Notes under the pieces: generated by a model | The model's database searches: none | Seen by the model: only the letters and a program-made list of their open reading frames with translations | What the model was told of the DNA's origin: nothing | DNA from: Anthoceros angustus | Taxonomy: Eukaryota; Plantae; Anthocerotophyta | Reading direction: 5' to 3' | Length of the DNA stretch: 64,000 nt | Assembly: GCA_010909165.1 (NCBI GenBank) | Contig: VJWM01000135.1 | Span: forward strand, 124,001 to 188,000 | Program-made: the position numbers and the translations under genes | Shown here: one piece after another, positions 1 to 12,287 of the stretch | Position numbering within the stretch: position 1 is the stretch's first letter | How the letters are laid out: the number at the start of each line of letters is the position of its first letter

Positions 1-629
1 AGTTGGGCGATCCTGGTGAGGTTTGCGTGGGTGTTAATGAAACCGAGATTGCGTCACGGTGGTTCAGCTCGCGATTTTACCCAAACACGGTTTTGAGTGA
101 ACAAGACACATTAGCGCTCCTTGCGGTAGACGATGTTTCTTCGTATGGTTTTGATGAGGATTTACCAGATTCCGCTCATCCTCGCTCATTTTCTCACGAT
201 CCGTTCATAGCGACCTACTCGAGAGTGTGAGGTTAGGACTTTCGTTCGCGTACAATTTTGGTTGCCTAATGTCAAGGGCACTTTTGGCTGCTTCTTGTTC
301 GACGACACCACAACACTCCCCTCACGCGGCTTCGAGAGTGAATCATGACGAAGATAGCTTCGATTCCCTATGTCAGCTGATCAATGTGATGGCTTCATCG
401 GTTTGCCTTGTACGTCGTTGATGCCATTGGTGACAGAGTGACGCGATTGGCATGAGTTGAAGTATCCAGATGCAGAAGATTGAAGAAAAGCTCTTTCCTG
501 TGAAATGATGACGGTGTTGCGCTCTGAACTGCTGGTTGAGCTGCAAATCCAGCTGTACGAGTCCTACTTGTTCTCAGTGGCCTTTTCCTGAGAAGATTCG
601 CTCCTCCTCCATGATAAGCTTCTCGTGCT

Positions 630-1349
630 ATCAAACCTATTGCTGTTACGTGTCGCTCGTGTGGTGTCTTGGAAAGCCCCTTTGTGAGCAAGTCTGCTGT
701 GTTCTCTTCTGTCGCAACATAACTGAGGGCGACTTGCTTCTTGCTCACCACCTGCCGGATGAAGTGGTGCTGTATTTCAACGTGCTTCGTCCTTGCATGC
801 AACACTGGATTCAGGGTCATTGCTATTCTTTGGCGGTTATGCGCGAGCTCGATTGGTACGATCACGCCCTCGTTGACATCTTGCGAGGCGGCGTATCCAC
901 AGAATCTCCTTAGCCGCCAGTGAGGTTGCGGCATACTCCGCCTCGGTGGATGAAAGGCATACTGTTGGCATCTTCTTGCAAGCCCAGGAAACAAGTGAAC
1001 CATTGAGCATAGCACAATATGCTGCTGTCGACTTTCTGGCGTCAGGATCACCGGCCCAGTCTGCGTCGCGGTAAGTACCGGTGCACTCGTCGCATGCAGG
1101 CGGAAGTCCTAGAGATCTGGTACCTTTTAGGTATCTAAGGATGCGCTTAACGCATGTCCAGTGGGCCTTGCCAGGATTAGAGAGATATCTAGATGCAATG
1201 TTGACAGCCTGGGATATATCTGGACGTGTCCAGATTGCTAAATACAGAAGACTACCAACAGCTTCACTATAGGGTACTAATTTCATTTCTTCTATTTCTT
1301 CTGGTGTTTCAGGACTATCTAGTGCAGACACTTTTTCACTGCAGCACAA
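630..1349 (-). pseudogene. Copia A RT C-terminus and RNase H (frameshifted)
   Basis: ORFs 837-1349 (PYSEAVGSLLYL, TRPDI, DADWAGD) and 395-1051 (NPVLHARTKHVEIQHHFIR, ADLLTKGL). Confidence 0.88.
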
Positions 1350-1397
1350 TTGGGCGTCTTGGCAAGTCAGCTTCTTTCAAAGTTGAACACTCACGAT

Positions 1398-2234
1398 CTA
1401 GTAATGCTGCTGGTGGATGAAGAAAGAGTATTCTGTGGGGTTTCTCTCAAACTGGACACCTAGAGCGTACTTAAGGGGTCCTATGTCTACGATTTTGTAC
1501 TCTTTGGCTAACAAGTCCTTGACATGTTGGATGATTTCAGGACAGCTACCAAAGATGAAGTTATCGTCGACGTAGAGGGTCATGATGACGAAATGCTCTT
1601 TCTGCCTAAGGAGATAAACGCTGGGATCTGCAGCTAAAGGTGAGAATCCAGACTTCTTCAAGTATAAGTCTACGGTTTCGTTCCATACCTGGGCAGATTG
1701 TTTCAATCCGTAAAGTGATTTAATAAGCTTACAGACCTTTTTGTTGTCCTTGATATAGCCAGGAGGCTGGAGCATATAAATGTCTTCACTCAACGTACCG
1801 TATAAGAAAGCAGTTTTTACGTCAACTTGATGGATGTCCAGACGGTGATGGGCTGCCAGTGCCAGAAGTATCCTTATAGATGTTGATTTCACAACAGGGC
1901 TGTAAAGCCGATTTTCTTCGTAGTCAAAACCGGGAACTTGGCTGAAGCCTCTGGCGACTAGCCTGGCCTTGTATCTTGCGACTGTACCATCTGGATTCAA
2001 CTTCCTCCTGAATGTGCACTTACAAGATATTGGTTTGTGGCCTGGAGGTAAATCGGTCAAGATCCACGTTTTGTTGGCGATCAATGAGTCATATTCAGAT
2101 TTTACTGCAGCTGTCCATTCGGGGGTCCTGAATGCTTCCTCAATTGACTGTGGAACATCCTGCATTTCGATGGCTGACATCGCTTTATGTAAAGCCACGT
2201 TGATATGATGAGTGTTCTGCTGGTGCTGTTGCAT
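1398..2234 (-). CDS. Copia A reverse transcriptase domain
   Basis: 278-aa ORF with WILTDLP, YKARLVARGFSQ, QVDVKTAFLYG, SLYGLKQS, LYVDD. Confidence 0.9.
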   Translation of the reverse strand: MQQHQQNTHHINVALHKAMSAIEMQDVPQSIEEAFRTPEWTAAVKSEYDSLIANKTWILTDLPPGHKPISCKCTFRRKLNPDGTVARYKARLVARGFSQVPGFDYEENRLYSPVVKSTSIRILLALAAHHRLDIHQVDVKTAFLYGTLSEDIYMLQPPGYIKDNKKVCKLIKSLYGLKQSAQVWNETVDLYLKKSGFSPLAADPSVYLLRQKEHFVIMTLYVDDNFIFGSCPEIIQHVKDLLAKEYKIVDIGPLKYALGVQFERNPTEYSFFIHQQHY

Positions 2235-2464
2235 GTCCTCTGGAGCTGGAGTTGGGGTTAGAGTAGCGGAGGCTCTACCAGTAATTGAGTCTCCAGGCCA
2301 GTGATAGGCATCCTTCCAGCTGGATCGAGGAGGACGGTGACGGGTAGACCGTCTAAGTGGAGGCTCAGCGGACTCAGCAGGTAAGGGTTCCGGTACGGGA
2401 TGTTGGTCGGGTTCTGAAATATCAGGTAAAAGAGGTTCTGGCAGTTCTGGTTGTGGTGGTTGAC

Positions 2465-3598
2465 CTATGTTTGGTGGCTGAATGGGTACAGGTTGGGCAG
2501 GTACCTGGAGTTGTACTGGTGGGGTTGTGGTTGTGGTTGAGCCGGATTACCTGTCTGACCTTGTACATCGTCAACTACAAGCTCATAATCTGTGGGGTTA
2601 TATGTCTCCCCCTCAAGGTCAGAGAGGGAAGAAGGTGAATGACCGGAAATGCTAGGAGGGGGAAGAGGTGTAGAGGTGCACACGGACTGCAGATAAGTAT
2701 TGAGCAGGGTTGCTTCATGGAAATGTACACTGCGGGAGAGAGCTACCTGACGGGTAGAAGGGTCAAGCAACCTGTAAGGGTAGGAATAGCCTATGAAGAG
2801 CAACTTCTTACTTTTGTCGTCCCATTTCTTGCGCAGGTCATCAGGGATATGGGCAAATGCTGGGCTGCCGAATATTCTGAGATGAGAGATGCGGGGCTTC
2901 TGGCCTGTCCAGCGCTCATACGGTGTGATGTTGGGAAGCTCCTTCGTCGGCAGTCTGTTCTTAAGATAATTGGCCGTGGAAACGGCTTTTGCCCAGTATC
3001 CTTGTGTGAGGCCTGACAGCTTGAGCAGGGAACGAGAGATCTCCAGCAGTGAGCGGTTGAGCCTTTCTGCCAAAGGGTTCTGGGCTGGTGTATACGGGAC
3101 TGTGAGCTGCCGTTGTATGCCCCTGGATGTGCAGAACTCCTGGAAAGGGTAACTGAGGTACTCGCCAGCATTGTCGGTGCGGAGAGTGCAGACTTGAAGT
3201 CCCGTGTGCCGTTCTGCTAATGCTACGAACTCTTGAAAACACTGGAGGGCCTGGTCCTTGTGCTTGAGAAAGTATATGTGGCAATACCGGCTCCACTCAT
3301 CCAGAAAAGTCAAAAAATAGGAATGGCCACCAAAAGAAGATGTGCTCATGGGGCCACAGATGTCTGAATGGATGACTTCGAGCAGGCGTTTTGCCCTTGT
3401 AGGTAAGGGGTCATTGAAAGGCAATTGATTTAGCTTGGTATATTGGCAGACTTCACAGTATAGATCTGGAGACATTTTACGAGATTGGGTCTCAGACATG
3501 GTCAAGTTGATGGAATTAAGATAACGAATGCTCATATACCATGCTCGATTACGGAGGAGTCGACTTGGATAAGGACTTAAGACCTGATTTTTGGGCAT
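2465..3598 (-). CDS. Copia A integrase domain
   Basis: 377-aa ORF with CEVC, VIHSDICGP, TDNAGEY, QNPLAERLNRSL, HLRIFGSPAF. Confidence 0.9.
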   Translation of the reverse strand: MPKNQVLSPYPSRLLRNRAWYMSIRYLNSINLTMSETQSRKMSPDLYCEVCQYTKLNQLPFNDPLPTRAKRLLEVIHSDICGPMSTSSFGGHSYFLTFLDEWSRYCHIYFLKHKDQALQCFQEFVALAERHTGLQVCTLRTDNAGEYLSYPFQEFCTSRGIQRQLTVPYTPAQNPLAERLNRSLLEISRSLLKLSGLTQGYWAKAVSTANYLKNRLPTKELPNITPYERWTGQKPRISHLRIFGSPAFAHIPDDLRKKWDDKSKKLLFIGYSYPYRLLDPSTRQVALSRSVHFHEATLLNTYLQSVCTSTPLPPPSISGHSPSSLSDLEGETYNPTDYELVVDDVQGQTGNPAQPQPQPHQYNSRYLPNLYPFSHQT

Positions 3599-4875
3599 CT
3601 ACCATCAGGGAAGTAGACTGAATATTTAAAAGATATAGGTCGTTGTATGGAAGGCCATGTGCGAGAGTTGTTCTGGAGGGATCATTAAGCTTGTGAATGA
3701 GACAGTGATTGCCTTGGAATGTGATCACCAGGTTATGCTCAGTTGCCAACTTGCGTACTGATAGCAAGTTCTTCGTCATGCTGGGAACGTGCAGGACTCC
3801 AGTAATGAGAAGACGTTCGCCATTAGATAAGCAGCGGTATTGCGATTACGCAATTGCGAGCTCTCCCTAAGAGAACGTCTTTGATGTCTGGTGAATCATG
3901 GTAAGATTCGAAAGCCTCCTTGCTGCAGCAAATGTGAGTGGTGGCGCCGGAATCCAGAAACCACCTGTTTTCTTCTGTCCTGGTGAGTGTCAGGCATACA
4001 GCTAGCACAGATGTGGGTGAAGTTGACTTAACACTGGTGAAGTGTGTCTCATAGCGGGGTGCATCGCGGCGTGGCTCGCCGGCAAGCTTCTTCCTACACT
4101 CATTTTCGTAGTGTCCGGGGATTCGGCACCAATTGCAGGGGCCCTTGGTTCTTTTGTCAAGCTGCCTGTTGCCGCTGGAAAAAAGTTTGGGATGAGGGCC
4201 TTCGTGCTTGGGAATTTCCACGGCCACCTCCTCTCCTGGTGCCGCGCCCTCGTGCAGTGAATAGTGCGTGGGTGCTTGACGGTGCTGTCTTGTGATTCGC
4301 AGATCTACTGGACTCCTCCTCAAGGAGGGCTGCAACCACCTCAGTGAGTGTATAATTGGGTTGCTGCCCTGCTGCCGTTGCATTGATGGCTGCTCGAATT
4401 GCAGAATTTTGTGCACTGATGAATGTTCTGTATGCAGGCGGTAAGGAGGTTAGAAGAGCGACTGCATCTTGATGTTCGGAGATAACGGTACCTCCTGAGG
4501 CTAGCTTCGCTCTGAGAGATCTGAAGACGTTCACGTGCTGCTCCACGGTATCCGAATCCTTCATCCTCAAGGAATAGAACTGCCTTGTGGCGTTGATTAA
4601 GGACATGCTGCTTTGTGCTTGAAACATGTCTTTGAAAGTCCTCCAGATGGCGTTGGAAGTGGCTTGGCCACTTGTGTGGTGTATCATACTCTTGTCAATG
4701 GCAGAAATCAAAATGCTACGGGCACGCTTATCCTTCTTAATCCAAGCTGCAACCTAGTCAGCTGTTGCAGGAGGATTAGCTGTAGTGGAAGGTTGGGCGA
4801 CAGTTCCATCGACTATCCCCATGAGGTCGTGCTCTTCCAGCAGCGCAGTGATGCGCATCGGCCAAATATCGTAAT

Positions 4876-5073
4876 TGTGACGATTATGGTGCGACAGATG
4901 CATCAGGATCCGATAGATAGGCAATTCATGGTAGAGAACACAATGTAGTGTATCGGTGAGCGAGTAAAGGAGGAGAATAAGCGCGATTCGTGACGCTTCG
5001 CCCAAATGTCGGTTCAGTTTTCGTGCTTAAAAGCGAAACGTGCCCTAAGGGCTTGAGTGCTACAACTTCAACA
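4876..5073 (-). repeat. 3' LTR of Copia B
   Basis: tgtgacgatt...acttcaaca, matches 11441-11647; PPT (aagtgggag on minus) at 5074-5082. Confidence 0.95.
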
Positions 5074-5109
5074 CTCCCACTTAGCATCTAGTCCTTAGGC
5101 TATGCACTT

Positions 5110-8100
5110 TTACATTGCTAAGAATTGAAGCTAATGTCCGAGACCTTGCTAAGTCCCATGTTCTTCACGTGTTGTTGATGTTTGATAGAGCTAAGTGCTT
5201 TGTAAGCACATCCGCTACCATGTGCTCTGTTGGACAATAGAGAACGCAAACTTGCCTTCTTCAACCACTTGCCTTATGAAATGAAATTGTACCTCCACGT
5301 GCTTTGTTCGAGCATGGAACTTGGGTTATAGGTGAGTGAGATGGCACTTTGATTATCACGAGAGCGGCCTAGGAATCCTCCGGGTCTCGCCTAACTCGAA
5401 AGTTGGAGAAGTTGCGAGTCCATCCTTGCATGCGTGAGTCAACGAGCAATACTCACCTCGGTTGTGAGTGCAACTACTGCCGCTTACTACTCCAAATTGT
5501 CAGTGCCTCCCAATAAATATCGTAGCTGCTTGTGCTTTTCTATCATCAATGTTGCCGGCCAGATCACTATAACCTTCAAGTTGTAGAGGTTCTCCTTGTT
5601 TGATATGTATGGTAGAGCAACCCTAAGTCCAAGTTGCTCTTAGGTATCTAAATATCCTCTTAATGACCTTCCAATGAGCTTGAGTAGGAGCTGATAGGAA
5701 TTGTGACAAGGCTCCCACCGAATAGGACAGTCTGTGCAGTGCAAACCATAAGGTACATAAGACTACCTACGAGGAATAAGGAGGAGGAGTAGTGTCTCAA
5801 CTGTCCCGTTGATCCACCTCTTTGCTTAGCTTAAGGTTCATTTCCATGGGTGTTGAGATAGGCCTAGATTCTAACATCTTAAACTTTGTTAAGATTTCTT
5901 GAATATATTTTGATTGGTGAATGAGAATGCTTCTAGCCTTTCTATCCCTTAAGACCGAATGCCCAAGCAAAGGAAAGCTCTCTACAAGTGGTCATGGAGA
6001 AACGCTTAGCTAGCATAGATCCGGTCTCTTCTAGTATGGCCTTAGTGTTGGACATAAGAACTATATCGTCTACGATACCCCTAAGACGATAAAGTAAATG
6101 CTTGATCTTTTAATGTAGATATTACTATCGAGTTTAACTTAGTGAAACCTAGTTCCTTAAGGTGACGTCTAGCTTAAAATACCATTTCATAGCACTCTAA
6201 GTCCCATGTTCTTCACGTGTTGTTGATGTTTGATAGAGCTAAGTGCTTTTAAGCACATCCGCTACCATGTGCTCTGTTGGACAATAGAGAACGCAAACTT
6301 GCCTTCTTCAACCACTTGCCTTATGAAATGAAATTGTACCTCCACGTGCTTTGTTCGAGCATGGAACTTGGGTTATAGGTGAGTGAGATGGCACTTTGAT
6401 TATCACGAGCGGCCTAGGAATCCTCACGGGTCTCGCCTAACTCGAAAGTTGGAGAAGTTGCGAGTCCATCCTTGCATGCGTGAGTCAACGAGCAATACTC
6501 ACCTCGGTTGTGAGTGCAACTACTTCTACTCCACATTCTTTGTGCCTCCCAATAAATATCGTAGCTGCTTGTGCTTTTCTATCATCAATGTTGCCGGATC
6601 GGCATCACTATAACCTTCAAGTTGTAGAGGTTCTCCTTGTTTGATATGTATGGTAGAGCAACCCTAAGTCCAAGTTGCTCTTAGGTATCTAAATATCCTC
6701 TTGACCTTCCAATGAGCTTGAGTAGGAGCTGATAGGAATTGTGACAAGGCTCCCACCGAATAGGACAGTCTGTGCAGTGCAAACCATAAGGTACATAAGA
6801 CTACCTACGGTGAGGAATAAGGAGGAGGAGTAGTGTCCTGTTGTCCTGTTGATCCACCTCTTTGCTTAGCTTAAGGTTCATTTCCATGGGTGTTGAGATA
6901 GGCCTAGATTCTAACATCTTAAACTTTGTTAAGATTTCTTGAATATATTTTGATTGGTGAATGAGAATGCTTCTAGCCTTTCTATCCCTTAAGACCGAAT
7001 GCCCAAGCAAAGGAAAGCTCTCTACAAGTGGTCATGGAGAAACGCTTAGCTAGCATAGATCCGGTCTCTTCTAGTATGGCCTTAGTGTTGGACATAAGAA
7101 CTATATCGTCTACGATACCCCTAAGACGATAAAGTAAATGCTTGATCTTTTAATGTAGATATTACTATCGAGTTTAACTTAGTGAAACCTAGTTCCTTAA
7201 GGTGACGTCTAGCTTAAAATACCATTTCATAGCACTTAAGTCCGTATAAGGACTTTAATAGTAGGCATGCATTGTACTTTGTCCTATCCTTAACATATAT
7301 CCCTTGGAATCTCCATGTAGATGGTGTGGTCGAGATCTCCATATAGAAAAGTGTCTTAATGTCAAGTTGCATTAGCTCATAGTCATGGTGAGATGCTAAG
7401 GCTAGGAGGATCCTAAGTGAGGTTATCTTAAGTACAGGGACTAAAAGTTTCATCATAATCAAAACCATATTTTTGAGAGTATCCCTTGGCTACTAATCTA
7501 GCCTTGTATCTCTCTATGCTACCATCGGCATTTAATTTGATCTTGAAGGTCCACTTAGATCCCACAAGTTGTCTATCCTTAGGTAGAGTAGTTAAAGTCC
7601 AAGTTTTATTGGCTTGTAGGGATTCTAGTTCGACCGATTGCTTGTTTCCTGTTCCTTTTGTGGGCAGATGGCCTCCTGTAGTCGGGGACAAACCGATCTA
7701 TAGCATTAAGACAATATGCTAAATTGCTCTTGGGATCCCGCCAGTTAGTAGGAGAATATCTATGTATTTTACCTGCATTGGAACGGTGAGATTGTCTACG
7801 CCTAGGCTGGTTAGTGGCAGCTGATTGTGGGATGTCCTCTTGCACATTTTCGAAATAAGGGTCTAGAGTTTCCTCGGCTTCCTGGGCATTTATATGTTGC
7901 ATATCAGGAGTATTGTAATTAGAAAAATCAGAAGATAAATGCCTACTTGTTGTTGAGGTGCCCGGTCGTTTTCGAAAGTCGGGGTCAAGAGCATATTGTG
8001 AAAACTCAATGTCACTTGCCGATCCGGCGCGAGGGCTGCCCGTCATTGCTTCGCTAAACGATCCGGTGTGTGGCCGATCCGAGCTGTGAACGGGAATCGG

Positions 8101-10820
8101 GCGTTGAAGGAGCCGCAAGGACCGCCGGATTGAGAGCTGCGAGTCTGTCCGCGGGCGTCGGTTGCCAGGATTACAGGCCAAGGCGCGCGGTAGGTGCGGA
8201 GAGGTGTTGTGGCTGGAGATTCGCCGGAGTTGGGGCCGGATCTGAAAATTTCGGAGTCTGAAAATGTCCTGCTGTTTGCCTGCGATTCCTGATTTCCTGT
8301 TCCTGATTTGATCGTGTCGGCGTGCCTGCCAGTCCCCCTCTCAATCGAAGGGCATGAGCCGGAAGGGGAGCCTGAGGGTGTTTCGGCAGAGGAGCCGATT
8401 GGATCGGCTGCAAAGTCGCCGAAAAAGATGGTTTGTGGTGTGTCTGCTGCAGGCTGAAGGGAATGGCCGCGAGGAGGTGCGGGTGGTGGCAGGGGGCACC
8501 GGCTGAGACATGGGCAGTGGCTGCGCTGGGGAGCGGGTTGGGGAAGGTTAGGACCAGGTGCAGAAAAGTCCACAGAGCCATCTTCATCATCACTGTCTAG
8601 GTTGGTTGGGGCTCCCACTGGCTGTGGCTGGATGTCCTCGAGGAAGGTGACGTCGGGAGTGGGTGACTTTGTGTGTTTGAGGGTGGATAATTTTGTAACC
8701 TTTGATCCCGTCAGTAAAGCCAATGAACAGAAATTTCTGTGCCTTGTGATCTAGTTTGGTTCGGATTGCCTTAGGAATGTGGGCATAGACAGGGAACCAA
8801 AATCCAAGTGTAGAGAGATCGGGCTTGACTCCCTGTGCTTCAGGGAGTGCCAGAGAGAGAAGAGGTTGTGGTGAGATTGCCGATGTAGATGATGCGCATT
8901 GCCTCGCCAATAGGTTTTAGGAAGTCGGGCATGAATTAGCATTGCCAAACCACAGCTCGGATGGTCCGATTCATTCTTTCGCAACCCCATTTTGTTGGGA
9001 TGTGTAAGGAGTGGTAATTTGACGGTTGATACCATGTTCCTTGCAGTGGGTGAATTGAGTAGAGCCATATTCTCCACCGCCGATCTAAGGCATAATAAGG
9101 TATCGCCGCTTGCTTTTCCGACTGTGTCTTGTATTCCTTGAAGCATGGAAATGCTTGGGCCTTGGTCTTGATATATATATGACGGTAAAGCGAGTGAAAT
9201 CATCGATAATAAGCATGAAGTAGGTATAACCAAAGAGTGATTTATTGAAAGGCCCGGATGTCGAGTGTACTAGTTGAAGGCGCTTGGTAGCTCTTGTGTT
9301 GGATGCCTTAGGAAAGGCTGAGCGATGGCTTTGCCGAGGGAACAGCTTCACAAATGCAAGTCCTCAATTCTGGTGAGAGTAATGCCATGGGCTGCTTGTG
9401 TGTTGATCATCTCCTTCATTCTCTGCAAATGCATATGCCCAAGCCGGGCGTGCCAAAGGAAGGTCTGATTTTGTTTCTCTGTGCCTGCTGTTAGAGAGGA
9501 AGGGTGACTAACCCTTAGATGATATAGGTCATCATTTTTAAGATCACCGGTGGCAATTAGATCGCCTTGAGGGGTTTCAATGACGCAGTGGCCATTGCCA
9601 AAACAAACATAACAGCCTGCTTGATCAACTTTTCGTACGGAAAAGAGGTTTTTTGTTAGTCCAGGAACTAAGAGGACATCTGAAATCTGCAGGGTGGAGT
9701 GTGGTTGCACACTGAGAGCAATGGAGCCATGGCCTGTAATATGATGTTTGGTGTTATCTCCAAGGCTGACAAAGTTGGGTTGTGCTGTAGGTGTAACTTT
9801 GGTAAAATACTCCCTATGGGGGGTCATGTGCTGCGAGGCTCCCGAATCAATATACCAGGCGTGTTCGCCTTGGGCTGATAAGCAAGAGGCTACTAGTGCT
9901 AATGGTGTGCTAGTGCCCGGAGGATTGTGGCTAATTTGGGCAAGGAAAGCCTTAGTGTGTTTCTGCATTGTTAGGGCCAATGGGCCAGACTGCTGATGTC
10001 TATGGGAATTGGAGGATGCTAACCGCTTGCGGCAGTCTTCATAGATGTGGCCAGGTATTTTGCAGTACCCGCATACGGGCTTCCAAGCAGGGTTGTAGAT
10101 CCCTCTGCCACGGGTTGAGTAAGTGCCACGTCCTCTGTTGATGCCTCTCATGTTTCCTCCAAGTGTCCTCGTCCGCGCCTCTGGTCTCGGAAGAAAGCGC
10201 GGAGGATGGCTCTCCAAAGATGAGCAAAACTTTCCTCTTCCTTTTGCAGAAGTACGCTGATAACTTTGTTGACAGTTAGAGGTTTGATGCCTTGGAGGCT
10301 TTGTACGACGCTCACCCATGATTCAGGTAATGTGGATAGCAGGATTGCTTCTAGGAGCTCCTCGGGGATATTGAATCCAAGAGCCTGGAATTTAACAGTC
10401 CAGCTACGGAAAACCATGGCATGGTGATCAACATGGTCACCTTCGGACATTCGAAGGCTGAGGTAGCTTTTGATTGTATGTATAGTATGCATGATATCAT
10501 GGGCGTCATATATCTCATGGAGCTGGGTCCATGCTTCGGCTGCTGTGGCTGTCCCCTCCAGCTGTTGCACAGTGCCTTGTTTCATACTCTGCATGAGCAC
10601 GTTTTTAGCCTGTTGATTATTGTCCTCCCATTGATCTTTCTCCAGTTGTGTTCCTGTCGTAGGGTTGGGGATGGGGATGGGTGGATTTCCGACTCCGCCT
10701 ACGTAACCCCAGAGCTTGCGCTCTTTCAGGATATTAGTGATACGAAATTTCCAGATGGGGAAATTGTGTTGTCGATCACAATTTGTCCTCCTTGGACAGG
10801 GAAAGGTGGGAGGTAGACAT
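5110..10820 (-). pseudogene. Copia B gag-pol polyprotein (many frameshifts, possibly sequencing errors)
   Basis: Gag ATG at 10820; fragments at 10148-10600, 9348-10319, 9085-9351, 8590-8910, 7428-7691, 7214-7468, 6801-7010. Confidence 0.88.
5150..7243. repeat. ~1.05-kb tandem duplication of the RT/RNase H segment of Copia B
   Basis: 5150-6197 repeats at 6198-7243; junction microhomology taagtcc. Confidence 0.9.
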
Positions 10821-11428
10821 GTTGGGACAGTTTTTTTTTTAATTTGATGGAGTGTTTAATGGCTGATGACTGTGCTCCTAAGGAGGCAATTGATGTGTAT
10901 TTGGAGAGTGATCACAACTGTATAGTTTCTGCAGGTGTTAGAATTAGTTTTGTGTGTGTTTCTAGACCTTGTAAATTCTGAATTATCTGATTTTGAAATT
11001 CCTGTATTTCTGATTGTGGAGGAAGAATGTACAGGTTGTCTGAGGAGCCGGGCACTGATAGAAGGCTATGTTGCCTACATAGGTTTTGTAGGCTCGTGAT
11101 CAATGTTTCTCTTATTCGTGCGGGGTTGAGTGGTGTGTGAACTTCAACCGTGGTGGTGGTGCCTTATCATTGTGAGTTTGGTGGCCTTTCTATGAATAGA
11201 AAGGAGATTTCTACGTAGGCCCAATCATACTCCTGTGGGTCGTAAAAGCCACGAAATGAAAGTTCTTCTCCTATGATCAGAAGCACGGAACATGTTCGAA
11301 TCCATGCGTAAGCCCACAGGTTTTCTCTTGCCTCCTTGAGGTATGAATTCTCACGGTTATTTCTTTTCCATTCTTGAAGGTCTGCCTGCCTAGCTGTGCG
11401 CCGTTGGCTAGGCATGATACCATCACTG

Positions 11429-11440
11429 GCTCTGATACCA
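11429..11440 (-). promoter_or_regulatory. Primer binding site (tRNA-iMet) of Copia B
   Basis: gctctgatacca is the reverse complement of TGGTATCAGAGC and abuts the 5' LTR. Confidence 0.95.
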
Positions 11441-11647
11441 TGTGACGATTATGGTGCGACAGATGCATCAGAATCCGATAGATGGGCAATTCATGGTAGA
11501 GAACACAATGTAGTGTATCAGGACTGAGCCAGAATGTAAAGGAGGAGAATAACTGCCAGTTCGTGACGCTTCGCCCAAATGTCGGTTCAGGTTTTCAGGC
11601 TTAAAAACGAAACGTGCCCTAAGGGCTTGAGTGCTACAACTTCAACA
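11441..11647 (-). repeat. 5' LTR of Copia B
   Basis: Matches 4876-5073; flanked by the PBS and TSD GTAAT. Confidence 0.95.
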
Positions 11648-11990
11648 GTAATCACTTCCTGAGAAGCGATCTCGGTCTCTGAACTCTACCTTGGTTGTGT
11701 TCACAATTTGAGCCATGGGTGTACGCTGTGCAAGACGGGTGAGTTTCTTTGCAAGCAAATTGGTTGTATGCTGACCTAGTGGGTCGAAACGAGGCATCAC
11801 TAACTCAGAGTGCATCTGATTCAGTGTTTGTGTGTGCAGGCAGGTTGGAGATAGCAACAAGAGGTGCCTCCATCTGCGATTTGATTAGCACTAACTGACT
11901 TTTGAGATAATCCTCGGAGGAGGTCGAGGAATTACGGAACACTGGTAAGGTTGCACTGCTGCGGTGTGGAGGTAGGATGGTCACTCTGTG
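11648..11990 (-). mobile_element. Copia A 5' remnant (gag N-terminus)
   Basis: RDRFSGSDY joins YDIWPMR at 4870 when Copia B and one TSD copy are removed; right boundary uncertain. Confidence 0.7.
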
Positions 11991-12030
11991 AATTCTTGAT
12001 GGGCCTCTAAATTCAGGTGGAGAATTCAGC

Positions 12031-12176
12031 TGTTCCCCCCAGACGCCTCAGTGTGCTACCTGTGCCCCTCCCCACACGTACGCCTCAGTGTGCAACCTAT
12101 TCCCCATCCTTGACGCCTCAGTGGGCGATCTGTTCCCCTCCCCAGACGCTTCAGTGTGCAATCTGTTCCCCTCCCC
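12031..12176. repeat. ~33-bp minisatellite, about 4.4 degenerate copies
   Basis: Consensus tgttcccctccccagacgcctcagtgtgcaatc, directly upstream of the membrane-protein ORF. Confidence 0.85.
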
Positions 12177-12287
12177 ATGGCTAATCGCAAAATAAAAGAT
12201 GCAATGCCAAGGCTTCGTGGCCACGCTGTTTTGTGCCGCTTCGCAGGCTCCAGCGCTAGCTATCCAATTGCAAGCATAAACCTCGGC

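Larger units (their letters stand above)
630..4875 (-). mobile_element. Ty1/Copia retrotransposon A, 3' portion (gag-protease-integrase-RT-RNase H), degenerate; interrupted by Copia B
   Basis: Minus-strand motifs in Copia order: Gag YDIWPMRITALL and zinc knuckle CNWCRIPGHYENEC, protease WFLDSGATTHIC, integrase VIHSDICGPM/LRTDNAGEY, RT YKARLVARGFSQ/DVKTAFL/LYVDD, RNase H DADWAGD/HARTKHVEIQHHFIR. Contains stops and deletions; no LTR found. Confidence 0.93.
4876..11647 (-). mobile_element. Full-length Ty1/Copia retrotransposon B nested in the gag of Copia A
   Basis: ~200-bp LTRs at 4876-5073 and 11441-11647 with TG...CA ends; 5-bp TSD GTAAT at 4871-4875 and 11648-11652; tRNA-iMet PBS; PPT; Copia-order domains ([45 protein letters not shown]). 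Confidence 0.96.

Noticed and set aside
8043-8723. 226-aa Pro/Ser-rich ORF as an independent gene
   Set aside because: It is the low-complexity integrase-RT linker of Copia B.
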